In this document: positions 9,333 to 20,105 of the stretch, in pieces | Layout of the letters: each line of letters starts with the position of its first letter | How positions within the stretch are numbered: position 1 is the first letter of the stretch | Origin: an uncultured Candidatus Saccharibacteria bacterium | GTDB taxonomy: Bacteria > Patescibacteriota > Saccharimonadia > Saccharimonadales > Saccharimonadaceae | NCBI GenBank assembly: GCA_964523145.1 | Contig: CAZFYB010000005.1 | Location: 560 to 64,559 of the forward strand | Direction: 5' to 3' | Length of the DNA stretch: 64,000 nt | Notes under the pieces: model-generated | What the model saw: the letters and a program-made list of their open reading frames with translations, nothing else | Told to the model about the DNA's origin: nothing | Databases searched by the model: none | Made by a program: the position numbers and the translations under genes

Positions 9333-11954
9333 CTATCTTCGACCAGATTTTCGATTTTGGCGCTGACTTTTCTTTTTCTTACGAGCAGCGTTCTTTTTTC
9401 GCTGTGCTTCATTTTCTGTTTCAGCTTTTTTCACTTGGAAATCATCGTCACGGCTTTTTTCACCACCGGTCACGGTATTAACACCCTTTTCAACCGCATC
9501 TTCAGCCAGGCGCGTGAGTTCGGTTTCGTGGTCTTCTTCTGATCGAGCAACCGCATCACGGATTGTTACATGCATCACTGCCCGAAGTACTTCATCACGT
9601 AGGGTTGCCTGTAGGCTATCAAACAACTTTGAAGATTCGCTACGGTATTCAACCAATGGGTCACGCTGTCCAACACTTCGCCAGTGAATACCTTCACGAA
9701 GGTGCTGCATGTTTTCGAGGTGTTGCATCCACAAAGTATCGAGTACCTGTAGATAGACTTCTCGTTCAACTTTTCGAAGCGTTTCAGTTTCAAGCTCTTC
9801 TTCTTTAGCTTTATAGAGTTTGTTTACCTCTTTTAGCGCCATTTCAAAGCGAAGTTTATCACGCTTTTCAGCACCAATTGCTTTTAAGCGTTTTTCGCTG
9901 ATCGGGAAAACGGTCAAGAATTCAGTTTCGAAGTTTTTATTGTTCTTCGCAGGAACAAGCGTCAGCTCACGAACCTTGGCTTCAATGAGGCGCTCGAGCT
10001 CAGCTTTAATGTCTTCACCTTCAAGAATTTTGCGGCGAATTGTGTACACTACGCGGCGGTGTCGGTTAATGACGTTGTCATACTGCACCACGTTTTTACG
10101 GTTATCGAAGTTGTAACCTTCGACACGTTTTTGCGCTGCTTCGAGTGTTTTACTGACCATTTTGTGCTGGATTGGCATGTCATCTTGAATACCAATTCGG
10201 CCCATAAGCCCCGCAATGCGATCGCCTTGGAAGATACGCATCAAATCATCTTCGGTTGAAACGTAGAACTGTGTTTCACCAGGGTCACCTTGGCGACCAC
10301 CACGTCCGCGAAGCTGGTTATCAATACGGCGAGATTCATGGCGTTCTGAACCGATAACCACCAGGCCACCAAGTTCTTTTACGCCTTCGCCGAGCTTAAT
10401 GTCGGTACCACGACCGGCAATGTTTGTCGCCAAAGTAATCGCGCCTTTTTTACCGGCTTCTTCGATAATTGCTGCTTCACGTTCGTTGTTTTTAGCGTTC
10501 AAAATTTCGTACGGGATTTTTTCTTTATCAAGGTGCGCAGCGATCATTTCGTTTTTCGCAATCGAAGCTGAACCAACTAGTACGGGGCGGCCAACTTTGT
10601 GATATTCCTTAATTGCATCGGCAATTGCCTTAAGCTTGGCTTTTTCACTTCGGAAAATGAGATCTTCTTTATCGATACGAGCAACTGGACGGTTTGATGG
10701 AATCTGTACTACTTCGAGCTTGTAGATTTGGTTCAGTTCTTCAGCTTCGGTAAAGGCGGTACCAGTCATACCGGCAAGCTTTTTGTACAAACGGAAGTAA
10801 TTTTGGAAAGATACGGTAGCGAGGGTCATGCTTTCTTGCAACACATCAACTTTTTCTTTAGCTTCGATTGCTTGGTGCAACCCTTCGTTGTAACGGCGAC
10901 CTTGCATAAGGCGGCCGGTAAATTCATCGACAATAATTACTTCGCCGTCTTTAGTAACAACGTAGTCTTTGTCGCGTTTAAACAGTGTTTGAGCCCGAAG
11001 AGCTTGGTCGAGGTGGTATACAGAACGAACGTATTCTGGGCTGTAAAGGTTTTTCACGCCGAGGAGCCGCTGGACTTTTTCAACACCATCATCAGTCAAT
11101 GCGACCATTTTACGCTTTTCATCAAGTACGTAATCTTCAGGGGCAAGTTTAGCAGCAACCTTTGCAAACTGAATGTAATTTTCAGGATTCTCGGCAGCTG
11201 GGGCGCTAATAATAAGTGGGGTTCGAGCTTCGTCAATAAGAATTGAGTCTACCTCGTCAACGATCGCAAAATTCAGTGTTCGTTGTCGCAATAAATCGAC
11301 TTCGTTCACCATGTTATCACGCAGGTAATCGAAACCATACTCGTTGTTTGTTCCGTAGGTAATATCAGCGGCATAAGCTTCTTTTCGAGTTGCCGGGCGA
11401 AGTTTTTTCATACGAATGTCGGTGTGGTCGGCATTGTCGAATTTTGGATCGAACAAGAATGAAGCATCGTTAATAATAATGCCTGTTTCAAGCCCAAGGA
11501 AATGGTACAACTCACCCATCCAACCGGCGTCACGTTGAGCTAAGTAGTCGTTTACGGTGACTACGTGCACACCTTTTTCTTCAAGGGCGTTTAAGTAGAC
11601 AGCCAAGGTTGCGACCAAGGTCTTACCTTCACCAGTTTTCATTTCAGCAATGCTGCCCTCGTGAAGCACGATTCCACCAATGAGCTGCACATCGAAGTGT
11701 CGCATACCAAGTACGCGGTCACTCGCTTCACGAACAAGCGCAAAGGCATCAGGCAAAATAGTATCAAGGGTAACGCCCTTTTTAGTAAGGCGCTTTTTAA
11801 GAACAGCTGTTTGCTGTTGCAGTTCCTTTTTCGTCATCTTTTTGTATTTATCAGCTAACGCGTTAATAGTAACGACACGCTTTTCGAGTCGTTTCAAAAT
11901 CTTCTTTTGTGGGTCACCAAAGACCTTCGTGAGTGCTCCCTGCCTCGTAATCAC
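9333..11954 (-). CDS. secA: Protein translocase ATPase SecA
   Basis: MKTGEGKT, DEVDSILIDEARTPLIIS, TNIAGRGTDI, ESRRIDNQLRGRGGRQGDPG. Confidence 0.98.
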   Translation of the reverse strand: MITRQGALTKVFGDPQKKILKRLEKRVVTINALADKYKKMTKKELQQQTAVLKKRLTKKGVTLDTILPDAFALVREASDRVLGMRHFDVQLIGGIVLHEGSIAEMKTGEGKTLVATLAVYLNALEEKGVHVVTVNDYLAQRDAGWMGELYHFLGLETGIIINDASFLFDPKFDNADHTDIRMKKLRPATRKEAYAADITYGTNNEYGFDYLRDNMVNEVDLLRQRTLNFAIVDEVDSILIDEARTPLIISAPAAENPENYIQFAKVAAKLAPEDYVLDEKRKMVALTDDGVEKVQRLLGVKNLYSPEYVRSVYHLDQALRAQTLFKRDKDYVVTKDGEVIIVDEFTGRLMQGRRYNEGLHQAIEAKEKVDVLQESMTLATVSFQNYFRLYKKLAGMTGTAFTEAEELNQIYKLEVVQIPSNRPVARIDKEDLIFRSEKAKLKAIADAIKEYHKVGRPVLVGSASIAKNEMIAAHLDKEKIPYEILNAKNNEREAAIIEEAGKKGAITLATNIAGRGTDIKLGEGVKELGGLVVIGSERHESRRIDNQLRGRGGRQGDPGETQFYVSTEDDLMRIFQGDRIAGLMGRIGIQDDMPIQHKMVSKTLEAAQKRVEGYNFDNRKNVVQYDNVINRHRRVVYTIRRKILEGEDIKAELERLIEAKVRELTLVPAKNNKNFETEFLTVFPISEKRLKAIGAEKRDKLRFEMALKEVNKLYKAKEEELETETLRKVEREVYLQVLDTLWMQHLENMQHLREGIHWRSVGQRDPLVEYRSESSKLFDSLQATLRDEVLRAVMHVTIRDAVARSEEDHETELTRLAEDAVEKGVNTVTGGEKSRDDDFQVKKAETENEAQRKKNAARKKKKSQRQNRKSGRR

Positions 11955-12049
11955 AATAACCCCGCCTTTCAGAAAAATGGTTCAGTAAAACTTCTTTAGG
12001 TCTATTATACGATTATATGGGGTCGCAGACAAGCGAGTTGTCGCATATT

Positions 12050-13039
12050 TTAGAGGGGCGGACCGGTAGACGTTGAATTATTCGCAGTACCATTCCAAGT
12101 CCAGCCTGGTGAAGTGCCGCTCGCAAACGGATAGAGCGTCTCGCCTTCAGTAACCATTAGCCCTGTACCCTCTAAGATTAAGCCAGCCGAAACATTCACA
12201 TTACTGTCCACGTCACTAATAATATAAAAACCGATCGCACCAGCTGGAGCAGTAACGGTATTTGATAATCTCGTCCATGTATTCGGTACAAGCGTTACTA
12301 CAGGGTCTAGCTCGATCGTCATTGTAGTGTTTGTAGCATCTCTCCATGACAAATGAATACCAACATTATTTAAAGCTCGATTCGAACGAATATAACTTGA
12401 GATAGTATATTTTTTACCTTCAGAAATTGGCGTTCCTGGCCCCTGATTATGCTCAAATCCAAGATCACCCCCTGCATTTGTAAAGGAGGTCCATTCTTTG
12501 CGAGCATACGTTGTTAACCCAGCGGGACCATCTGACGCGCCAGTGACGAGCGTGTACGATCCCGCACTTCCACTTTGCCCAAACCACCGGACATTACGCC
12601 AACCGGCACCGTTAGCATGCACCCCGTAAAATGTCGCGTCAGGATCAGTTGCTAAGTTCGTAATAGCACACGCACCAGCAGTAGGGCTGCTCGAAGTACT
12701 TGAGACATAATAGCTCACACCTTGAACAATAACCGTAAGGCAAAACGTTCGAGGGCTAGCAGTATTATTAACTTGATATTGATAGGATGTATTTGTATCG
12801 TTTTGCAAACCAGCGGTTGCAGCATCAATAGGATACGTTTCAGCATTCTGAATCGCATAAGATTGAATTTTCGTATATGCCTGTTTGGCACTTGATTGTG
12901 CCGCTGAAGCTTTGGCTCTATTTTGGATACCGTTATAAGCCACGATGGTAATTGCAGCAAGAATAGCAATCACCACAACGACAATGAGGAGTTCAACGAT
13001 CGTGAAACCCTTGCGCGCACCCAAAGAGCTATTATACAT
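12050..13039 (-). CDS. Type IV pilin-like protein with C-terminal carbohydrate-binding-like beta-sandwich
   Basis: G|FTIVELLIV signal; C-terminal TNLATDP...YTISSYIRS...WTRLSNTVTAPAGA...GLMVTEG...WTWNGTANNSTS pattern. Confidence 0.8.
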   Translation of the reverse strand: MYNSSLGARKGFTIVELLIVVVVIAILAAITIVAYNGIQNRAKASAAQSSAKQAYTKIQSYAIQNAETYPIDAATAGLQNDTNTSYQYQVNNTASPRTFCLTVIVQGVSYYVSSTSSSPTAGACAITNLATDPDATFYGVHANGAGWRNVRWFGQSGSAGSYTLVTGASDGPAGLTTYARKEWTSFTNAGGDLGFEHNQGPGTPISEGKKYTISSYIRSNRALNNVGIHLSWRDATNTTMTIELDPVVTLVPNTWTRLSNTVTAPAGAIGFYIISDVDSNVNVSAGLILEGTGLMVTEGETLYPFASGTSPGWTWNGTANNSTSTGPPL

Positions 13040-13098
13040 ACCCCTTATATTAGCCGAGTGCTCCGCTACTGTAAATGCTTATGATAAACCGCGAAAAC

Positions 13099-13431
13099 TT
13101 AAACCGCAGCTATTTTACGTTCAATCACCGAGTCTTTATATTTGCGCAGTTGAGCAACAATCTTCGCTTCTACGATGTCGACTGCTGCCATCATATTAAA
13201 AGTTGAGTCTTTTGCAGTCATCACCTTATCTGGCACATGAACAATAACTTCGGCTTCATATTTATTACCATGGTCGCGATTGACGCGCCTCAGTTTTACA
13301 TCGGCAGTCATCGTTTTTCGAGCGTGTGAGGGAATATATCGATCTAGTTTACCAACTTTTTCGGTAACGTATTTCAGAGTCTTTTCATCTACTTGGTATT
13401 TGATTCCGGTTACATCGATTGATGCTATCAT
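13099..13431 (-). CDS. hpf: Ribosome hibernation factor (HPF/RaiA, short form)
   Basis: S30AE/HPF pattern (YVTEKVGKLDRY, AAVDIVEAKIVAQLRKYK); upstream of secA as commonly seen. Confidence 0.88.
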   Translation of the reverse strand: MIASIDVTGIKYQVDEKTLKYVTEKVGKLDRYIPSHARKTMTADVKLRRVNRDHGNKYEAEVIVHVPDKVMTAKDSTFNMMAAVDIVEAKIVAQLRKYKDSVIERKIAAV

Positions 13432-13501
13432 GTGGAGCCTCCTTCGTAGTTGTTAATATCTTTATTATAACACTTTGAAGCTGAGCAACTCCTGAGTACT
13501 T

Positions 13502-14800
13502 TTACAGAATTTCGCGATTGCCTAAGTACCCACGAAGTACTTCAGGTACTATCACTGTCCCATCTTCGTTCTGGTTATTTTCAATAATTGCAATCATCGC
13601 CCGGCCAAGTGCAAAGGCAGTGGCATCATTCGTATAAATTAACTCAAGCTCACCGGTAGTCCGGCGAACACGCGTATTTAATCGGCGCGCTTGGTAATCG
13701 GTCATGTAGTCGGCAGTATGTGTTTCACGGTACTGGTCTTGCCCAGGCAGCCACGCTTCCATGTCGATGCCACGCGCATTCGGCTTGCCGATATCAGCGG
13801 TACACTTCTGAATAACACGGTACGGTAGGCCAAGTGAAGCAAGGAGGTATTCTTGAATCGCCACCATCAAGAGGTGTTCTTGCAAGCCATCTTCAGCAAC
13901 GGTGAAGCTTTCCATTTCGAGCTTATCGAATTGGTGCATGCGTAAAATACCCTCCATGTCTTTGCCGTAGGTACCGGCTTCGCGGCGGAAACTGGTCGCG
14001 TATCCTACGTAACGAATCGGGAGCGCAGTTTCGTCAAGAATTTCGTTGGCGTACATACTGCCCATAACATGCTCAGCACTTCCCTGTAACCACAGGTCAT
14101 CCCCTTCAAGCTTGTAGCGATCGTCACGCGGTTCAAGCCTATCCATTGCATCAAATAGCTCAGTGCGAATCATGAGCGGTGGCAAAATAGGAGTAAACGG
14201 CTTTAGTGAAACTTCAAGCCCAGCATCGGCAGCAATGTTCGCAATCACCTTTTCATCACTCAGTGAATCGATAACAAACTGAATAATTGCGAATTGTAGT
14301 TTAACAATATCGCCTTTTAAGTACGCAAAACGACTACCAGCAACCTTAGCGGCATGTTCTTTATCAATCCAATCACGCTGTTCGGCAATTTGATAATGAT
14401 TTCGCGGTTCAAAATTAAAGGTCGTTGGCTCACCTACTACCTTAGCGACAACATTTTCGTCCTCGCTTGCACCGAGCGGCACGTCTTCGGCTGCCATATT
14501 TGGAATCATTTTTTGTAGTTCAAGTGCTTCGGTTTCAAGGGTAGCTAAATACCCTTCTTGTTCGGCAAGCTCAACTTTAATATGCTTACCTTCGTCAATG
14601 ACTGACTGTTCAGGGCGGCCACCCTTCATATTTGCGGCATTGGCATTACGGCGTTCACGAAGCTCATCAACTTTTTTACTAAGCTCGCGGCGTTGGCCAT
14701 CAAGCTTTAAAAGTTGACTCACGTCAACACCATAACCTTTGTTGTGCGCATTCTGCTGAACCGCATCAGCATTGTCGCGTATAAACTTTATATCTAACAT
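13502..14800 (-). CDS. serS: Serine--tRNA ligase
   Basis: MLDIKFIR start, coiled-coil arm, FRREAG, RMHQFDKLEM, TAFALGRAMIAIIEN. Confidence 0.96.
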   Translation of the reverse strand: MLDIKFIRDNADAVQQNAHNKGYGVDVSQLLKLDGQRRELSKKVDELRERRNANAANMKGGRPEQSVIDEGKHIKVELAEQEGYLATLETEALELQKMIPNMAAEDVPLGASEDENVVAKVVGEPTTFNFEPRNHYQIAEQRDWIDKEHAAKVAGSRFAYLKGDIVKLQFAIIQFVIDSLSDEKVIANIAADAGLEVSLKPFTPILPPLMIRTELFDAMDRLEPRDDRYKLEGDDLWLQGSAEHVMGSMYANEILDETALPIRYVGYATSFRREAGTYGKDMEGILRMHQFDKLEMESFTVAEDGLQEHLLMVAIQEYLLASLGLPYRVIQKCTADIGKPNARGIDMEAWLPGQDQYRETHTADYMTDYQARRLNTRVRRTTGELELIYTNDATAFALGRAMIAIIENNQNEDGTVIVPEVLRGYLGNREIL

Positions 14801-14827
14801 AACTAGAGGTATTGTACCAAGTTTTTA

Positions 14828-15811
14828 TCAATTTTGTACAGCTGGACCAAAAGCAGCTGAGGTATTAGGCGCTCCTACCCACGCCCAGGCAGTTGAAGTA
14901 CCCTCGCCGTAGTCATAATACTGTGCACCACGAGTTACCATAAGACCATCAAAATCAAGCGTTTCACCAGCGGCAGTTGGGGTTGTACAGTTATTTGAGG
15001 GTGTCGTTAAGGCAATGCGGAGTGTCACGGCTCCGGCGGGTGCAACCCGTGCACCACCATCAAGTCGCATCCATGTGTTTATAGTAGACAAATTCGTCAT
15101 ATACTCGTAACTACCAGCTGACGTACCGGCACTATTAAACCAGTTGTAATTTAATGCAACCGGCCGAGCATGAGAAAAACGAAAGTAGCTTGATGCGCGG
15201 TACGTTTCTCCGGCAGTAATCGCTATTGAAGGTGACGTAATCCCAATATTACAAGTGTTCGTTGTACAAGCAGCTGTCCATTGCTTTCGATAGTAATTCC
15301 CTCCCTGTGCTCCACCGGTTGAATTAACAGCTACTACACCGCTAGCGCAGCCATTACCCCACCATTGATTTGACCATCCTGTCGCTCCGTTATCGAACGT
15401 TCCATTAATGGCAAAATTCGTCACACATGAACCCGCAACTGGCCCGTTTGAAGTTGCTGTGGTCGCATATACAAATGAGTTTGAGGAGTTCTCGAGTGAT
15501 GCACAATATGATTTTAGATCACTACTGGTTATATACGAGTAAGTAACAGGTGAGGTTTCCGTAAAATTCATATACGACAAAAACTCATTTTTATCTGCGG
15601 GATACGTTTCGTTATTGGTTACCGTATACGTACTCATTTTTTTATTTATTTGAGACACCGCTGAACGTGCGGCGCTATCTTTGGCGCGATTTTGAATACC
15701 GTTATACGCAACGATGGTAATTGCAGCAAGAATAGCAATAACAACCACCACTATAAGTAGTTCGACTATCGTAAAGCCTAATTTTTGACGAGATATGCCC
15801 ACTCGATTCAT
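14828..15811 (-). CDS. Type IV pilin-like protein with C-terminal carbohydrate-binding-like beta-sandwich
   Basis: G|FTIVELLIV signal; TNFAINGTFD...DFDGLMVTRG...WAWVGAPNTS; same architecture as 12050-13039. Confidence 0.8.
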   Translation of the reverse strand: MNRVGISRQKLGFTIVELLIVVVVIAILAAITIVAYNGIQNRAKDSAARSAVSQINKKMSTYTVTNNETYPADKNEFLSYMNFTETSPVTYSYITSSDLKSYCASLENSSNSFVYATTATSNGPVAGSCVTNFAINGTFDNGATGWSNQWWGNGCASGVVAVNSTGGAQGGNYYRKQWTAACTTNTCNIGITSPSIAITAGETYRASSYFRFSHARPVALNYNWFNSAGTSAGSYEYMTNLSTINTWMRLDGGARVAPAGAVTLRIALTTPSNNCTTPTAAGETLDFDGLMVTRGAQYYDYGEGTSTAWAWVGAPNTSAAFGPAVQN

Positions 15812-15841
15812 ACACTCATTCTATCATAAGAGATGTAATAT

Positions 15842-17140
15842 CTATTCAGTACGCAAAGCTTCAATTGGATCAAGCTTCGCCGCTTTACGAGCTGGCAAAA
15901 TACCCGAAGCAACCGCCACGATCATGAGCCCAATTACCACACCAGCAACCGCTAGTGGGTTGAATGAGAGCAAGTAGATATCACCAAGGCCAAGCGCTTC
16001 GCTAATAATCGGGTTCGCAATAACCCCTGCAATCACTGCCAAGCCAGCACCGATAGCACCACCGAGGAATCCAATCCAGGCTGCCTCAAGTTTAAACAGT
16101 CGACCAACATCACGGCGGCGCATACCAAGTGCTTTCATGAGGCCAATTTGTTGAGTACGTTCAAGAACCGAAATGTACTGGGTATTAATGATTCCGAAAA
16201 CCGATGTGAGTACCGCCAATGCACCAAATCCAATCAAGATACCAAGCAATACGTTAATGAAAGTATTTACCGTGCCGAGTAGATCCTCAGCGGTTTGTGC
16301 TTCGAAGCCATCGGCTTCAAGCGCCTCTTTAACTGAAGTTGCGTTACTAGCTTCGTTAATTTCTACTGCAGCCAGCAAGAAGTTGCCGTAAGCTCGCGTG
16401 CCTTCATTAATGTAGTTATACAACTCACGGGTAGAATCGCTCGAAAGCAAGATTGAACTTTGAGTACGGAAGGCTAAGCTTGATTCGCTGCTTACTGCTT
16501 TGACCTTAAAATCAAAGGTTCGGCTTTGAGGGTCAGTAACGGGAGATGAAAGTTTATCAGCTCGCAGGGAAACTGTCTTACCGATTGCATCGCTCGCATT
16601 TTCAAAACCTAACGCTTTTGCATAATCTTCAGGGATGATTATTTCACTATTAGTAAGTAGCCCGTCAACCGAACCGGCGGCATACGCACCAGTCACACTT
16701 TGCGTAAATACGCTGATTGAATCGACAACAAACCTTTCAGCACCTTCGGTAGTAATATACCGAACACTTGGGCTGTAATTAGGCGAAACAGCAACAACGT
16801 TGTCTAAATCAGCAATGTTGTCCAAGTCTGTTTGATTTAAAAAGGCAGCCTGTGATGCACCGGCACCACCACCAAACGATGCTCCAGTTGAGCTACTTGT
16901 TTCGCTATAAACTTGTGGACCAGTTGATGTTTCAGGCTGTGCTTTGGTTACTAAAAGTTCAGTTCGACTGGTATTCGCATTTACAATCTGGTCAGTATAG
17001 TCACGACCACCCTCACCCGCTGCCAAGCTTAAAGTAATAGTAAAGGCACCTACACCAATGGCAAGGCTTGTTAGTAAAGTTCGCGCTTTAGCGTTTTTTA
17101 AACTTCGTCCAGCTCGTTTAATTGTATCGGTAATTTTCAT
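15842..17140 (-). CDS. ABC transporter permease, MacB/FtsX family
   Basis: N-terminal TM, large extracellular domain, ERTQQIGLMKALG, C-terminal PARKAAKLDPIEALRTE. Confidence 0.9.
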   Translation of the reverse strand: MKITDTIKRAGRSLKNAKARTLLTSLAIGVGAFTITLSLAAGEGGRDYTDQIVNANTSRTELLVTKAQPETSTGPQVYSETSSSTGASFGGGAGASQAAFLNQTDLDNIADLDNVVAVSPNYSPSVRYITTEGAERFVVDSISVFTQSVTGAYAAGSVDGLLTNSEIIIPEDYAKALGFENASDAIGKTVSLRADKLSSPVTDPQSRTFDFKVKAVSSESSLAFRTQSSILLSSDSTRELYNYINEGTRAYGNFLLAAVEINEASNATSVKEALEADGFEAQTAEDLLGTVNTFINVLLGILIGFGALAVLTSVFGIINTQYISVLERTQQIGLMKALGMRRRDVGRLFKLEAAWIGFLGGAIGAGLAVIAGVIANPIISEALGLGDIYLLSFNPLAVAGVVIGLMIVAVASGILPARKAAKLDPIEALRTE

Positions 17141-17142
17141 GA

Positions 17143-17847
17143 CTACAGCGCCTTTCGCAGTGGCTTTTTGTTCGTATCGCGAATCGATTCAACTTTGCCG
17201 TCTTTAATGTTAATTTGCATATCACATTTTGCTGCTAGGTCAGGGTCGTGGGTCACGATAATCAATGTTACGCCGTTCTTTTTGTTATAACTAAACAACA
17301 TGTCTTCGACTTTTTTACCGGTCACACTATCGAGGTTACCTGTTGGCTCATCGGCAAAAATAATTTCTGGTTCATTTACAATCGCCCGCGCAACAGCCAA
17401 TCGTTGTTTTTGCCCACCAGACAAGTTTTTAGCTTTATTGCCAATTTTCTCGATCATATCAACACTCTCAAGTGCAGCTTGGATTTTTTTCTTGCGAGTT
17501 GCCCAGCTAACATCGGCAATTTCAAGCGGAAGGCTGACATTATCGCTGACTGTCTCGTTAGCTTGTACAAAGAAACTCTGAAAAATAAAACCAATTTTAT
17601 TCGCACGGAATTTATCAACTTGCTTAGGTTTAAGCGTTAAGATGTTTTGGCCATCGACAAGTATTTCGCCCTGTTCTGGACGATCAAGCCCACTCATGGC
17701 ATGCATTAATGTCGACTTACCACTCCCCGACTTACCAAGAATCGCCACACTCGCCCCATCAGGAATAGTAAAGCTTACGTTATCAAGCGCTGTAAAAGCA
17801 TTCTGCTTTTTTCCGTACGTTTTCGTAACTTGTTTAACCTCAATCAT
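17143..17847 (-). CDS. ABC transporter ATP-binding protein (MacB/LolD-like)
   Basis: [32 protein letters not shown]. Confidence 0.92.
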   Translation of the reverse strand: MIEVKQVTKTYGKKQNAFTALDNVSFTIPDGASVAILGKSGSGKSTLMHAMSGLDRPEQGEILVDGQNILTLKPKQVDKFRANKIGFIFQSFFVQANETVSDNVSLPLEIADVSWATRKKKIQAALESVDMIEKIGNKAKNLSGGQKQRLAVARAIVNEPEIIFADEPTGNLDSVTGKKVEDMLFSYNKKNGVTLIIVTHDPDLAAKCDMQINIKDGKVESIRDTNKKPLRKAL

Positions 17848-17872
17848 AATACTCTTATTGTAGCATTAATTT

Positions 17873-17902
17873 AAAAGCGGCACCCCGCAGGATGCCGCTT
17901 TT
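17873..17902. terminator. Intrinsic terminator (A/T tails on both sides)
   Basis: aaaagcggca / tgccgctttt inverted repeat. Confidence 0.75.
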
Positions 17903-17904
17903 AT

Positions 17905-18447
17905 TTATAGATTTGCGATCAGTTCAGTAACGGTCTTGGCGATCTTTGCTTTAACTTCCGATTCATCAATTATTGTACCGTCTGGATTGAGGTCTTTCAT
18001 GAAGAACAGGTTTGTTTGTGTACTCACGACATGTGCGCTAAGAGTATCGACTAAAGCACCCCGGGCAACATCATGCGCCTGGCCACCACCGGTACCCCAA
18101 CCATAGCCAACAAGTCCGACCGGTTTGTCTTTCCACTCTTTACCAATCCAGTCGATTGCGTTTTGTTGCACTGGGCTTAAAGCGTGGTTATATTCAGGAG
18201 TAACAAATACCACACCATCTGCATCGACTACCATTTGCGTCCAAGTTTTCACCTCTTCGTGCGTTGGCGCAAAATCTGGTGATGTTGGCGAGTTTGGATC
18301 GTCAAAAAACGGTAAGTTGAGCGTCTTTAGGTCAGCAACTTTCGCAGTCGCTGCTTGCGCTTCAACTTCTGCTGTTACCATTGGAACAACTTTCTCATTA
18401 ACACTGTTTGGTCGGACACTTCCGGTCACCACTAAAATAGACGGCAT
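17905..18447 (-). CDS. NAD(P)H-dependent FMN reductase (flavodoxin-like)
   Basis: GSVRPNS, FVTPEYNH, NAIDW, KPVGLVGYG..GG. Confidence 0.9.
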   Translation of the reverse strand: MPSILVVTGSVRPNSVNEKVVPMVTAEVEAQAATAKVADLKTLNLPFFDDPNSPTSPDFAPTHEEVKTWTQMVVDADGVVFVTPEYNHALSPVQQNAIDWIGKEWKDKPVGLVGYGWGTGGGQAHDVARGALVDTLSAHVVSTQTNLFFMKDLNPDGTIIDESEVKAKIAKTVTELIANL

Positions 18448-18515
18448 TATTTGTTTCTCCCTGAATTAAGATAATTACTATACTTAGTATAGCAATGTTT
18501 CAACGTAAGTAAACC

Positions 18516-20063
18516 CTATTCTAACGTGAGTTCAGGGTATAACGATTTCGTCACTTCATCAATCTCAGTTCGAAGCTGAGGGAAAGGCACACCTTCACGG
18601 GCAGTTACTCCCTCGAAAATCCAAAATACTCGTTCGCTAAAGCCCCAGCCACACGCTGGTGGCATGCCGTATTCCAGCATCTCTACGTAATCGATATCGA
18701 GCATCATTGCTTCGTCATCACCGGCTTCACGCATCTTTTGCTGTTCAACAAAACGGTCTAATTGATCGATTGGGTCATTAAGCTCCGAGAAACCATTCCC
18801 TAATTCAGAACCAGCAATAATAGGCTGGAACCGTTGAACAACGCGATCATCTTCTGGACTTGTTTTCGCAAGTGGTGATATAAATTTTGGCGTGTTAATA
18901 AGCCATACTGGCCCAACGACATCTTTACGAATATTTTTCCATAACTTATCAATACCACGGGCACGGTTTTCAGTTTGTTCAATTTCAAGTTTATTGTTAG
19001 CAAGAGCTTGCTTAACATCTTCAAGTGAGCTTTCATACACATCAATATTGTAGCGTTCACGAATCACCGTTGCGTAGTCCCATACTTCCCACTCACCAGC
19101 CATGTTGATATGCTTACCATTTAAATCAAATTCAAGCGTACCGAAAGTTTTTTGCAGCACATCTTTATACATCTGCTCCATAAATGCCATGCCATCGCGC
19201 CAATCAGCGTACGCCCAGTACCATTCCATTGCAATGTGTTCAGGCAGGTGCTCGTCAGAATAATTTTCGTTACGGAATCGTGGCCCAATATCATATACTT
19301 TTTCAAAGCCAGCACCAATTAAACGCTTCAACGGGAGTTCGTGGCTAATACGAAGGTAAAAATCTTGATCAAGTGCATCCATGTGAGTAACAAATGGGTT
19401 CGCATCAGCACCACCAGTGGTATGTTCAAGTACCGGTACGTTCACCTCAACAAATTCATGATCGTTTAAGAAATCGCGCGTTGCCTGCCAAAACTTACTA
19501 CGGCGTACGAACCGTTGACGCACGTCATCGTTGACGTTCATATCAACGTAGCGGCGGCGCATTCGCTCTTCTTTGTTCGTAAACCCTTCTTGCTGTGATG
19601 GCATTGGTCGCAGTGCCTTGCTAAGTAAACGGAATTCTCGTACTTCTACGGTAATTTCACCGGTTTTCGATTTTATCACTAGGCCAGATGCTTGCACAAA
19701 ATCCCCTGTATCAAGCAGAGGGAGTTCAGAAATAGTTAATAATCCTGGATTGGTATGTAAGATTTCAGGCGAAGGATGTTCATCGCCTTCGTGTGGCTGT
19801 GGGTGAGCAACTTCGCTTAAAAATAGTTGAATCGATGCCGAAGCATCTTTAATAACTACAAAAGCAATTTTGCCAAATTTACGAATACTCGTAATGCGGC
19901 CAACAACAGATACCGCTTGCCCTTCAAGGCTTTCAAAGTTTTCAAGGACTTGTTGGTTGGTATGCGTCCGCTCTGCTTTTGCAGGATACGGATCAACCCC
20001 TAATTGTTTTAGTTCAGAAAGTTTACGTAAGCGCTCATCGCGGAAATCTTTTAATGTCGACAT
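18516..20063 (-). CDS. lysS: Lysine--tRNA ligase (class II)
   Basis: OB fold, RRRYVDM, GGADANPF, FYLRISHELPLKRL, FRNE, GMPPACGWG. Confidence 0.96.
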   Translation of the reverse strand: MSTLKDFRDERLRKLSELKQLGVDPYPAKAERTHTNQQVLENFESLEGQAVSVVGRITSIRKFGKIAFVVIKDASASIQLFLSEVAHPQPHEGDEHPSPEILHTNPGLLTISELPLLDTGDFVQASGLVIKSKTGEITVEVREFRLLSKALRPMPSQQEGFTNKEERMRRRYVDMNVNDDVRQRFVRRSKFWQATRDFLNDHEFVEVNVPVLEHTTGGADANPFVTHMDALDQDFYLRISHELPLKRLIGAGFEKVYDIGPRFRNENYSDEHLPEHIAMEWYWAYADWRDGMAFMEQMYKDVLQKTFGTLEFDLNGKHINMAGEWEVWDYATVIRERYNIDVYESSLEDVKQALANNKLEIEQTENRARGIDKLWKNIRKDVVGPVWLINTPKFISPLAKTSPEDDRVVQRFQPIIAGSELGNGFSELNDPIDQLDRFVEQQKMREAGDDEAMMLDIDYVEMLEYGMPPACGWGFSERVFWIFEGVTAREGVPFPQLRTEIDEVTKSLYPELTLE

Positions 20064-20105
20064 AAGTACTTAAATTATAGCACAACCCCTCTGGCGAGCG
20101 AGGGA

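Noticed and set aside
18478-18492. Near-palindromic TATACT-t-AGTATA (also 40961-40973) as an operator
   Set aside because: Explained by a -10 box followed by an AT-rich spacer; only two instances.
19740-19830. His/Pro-rich insertion in the LysS OB fold (EVAHPQPHEGDEHPSPEILH)
   Set aside because: Likely a variable surface loop; no evidence for an intein or a separate function.
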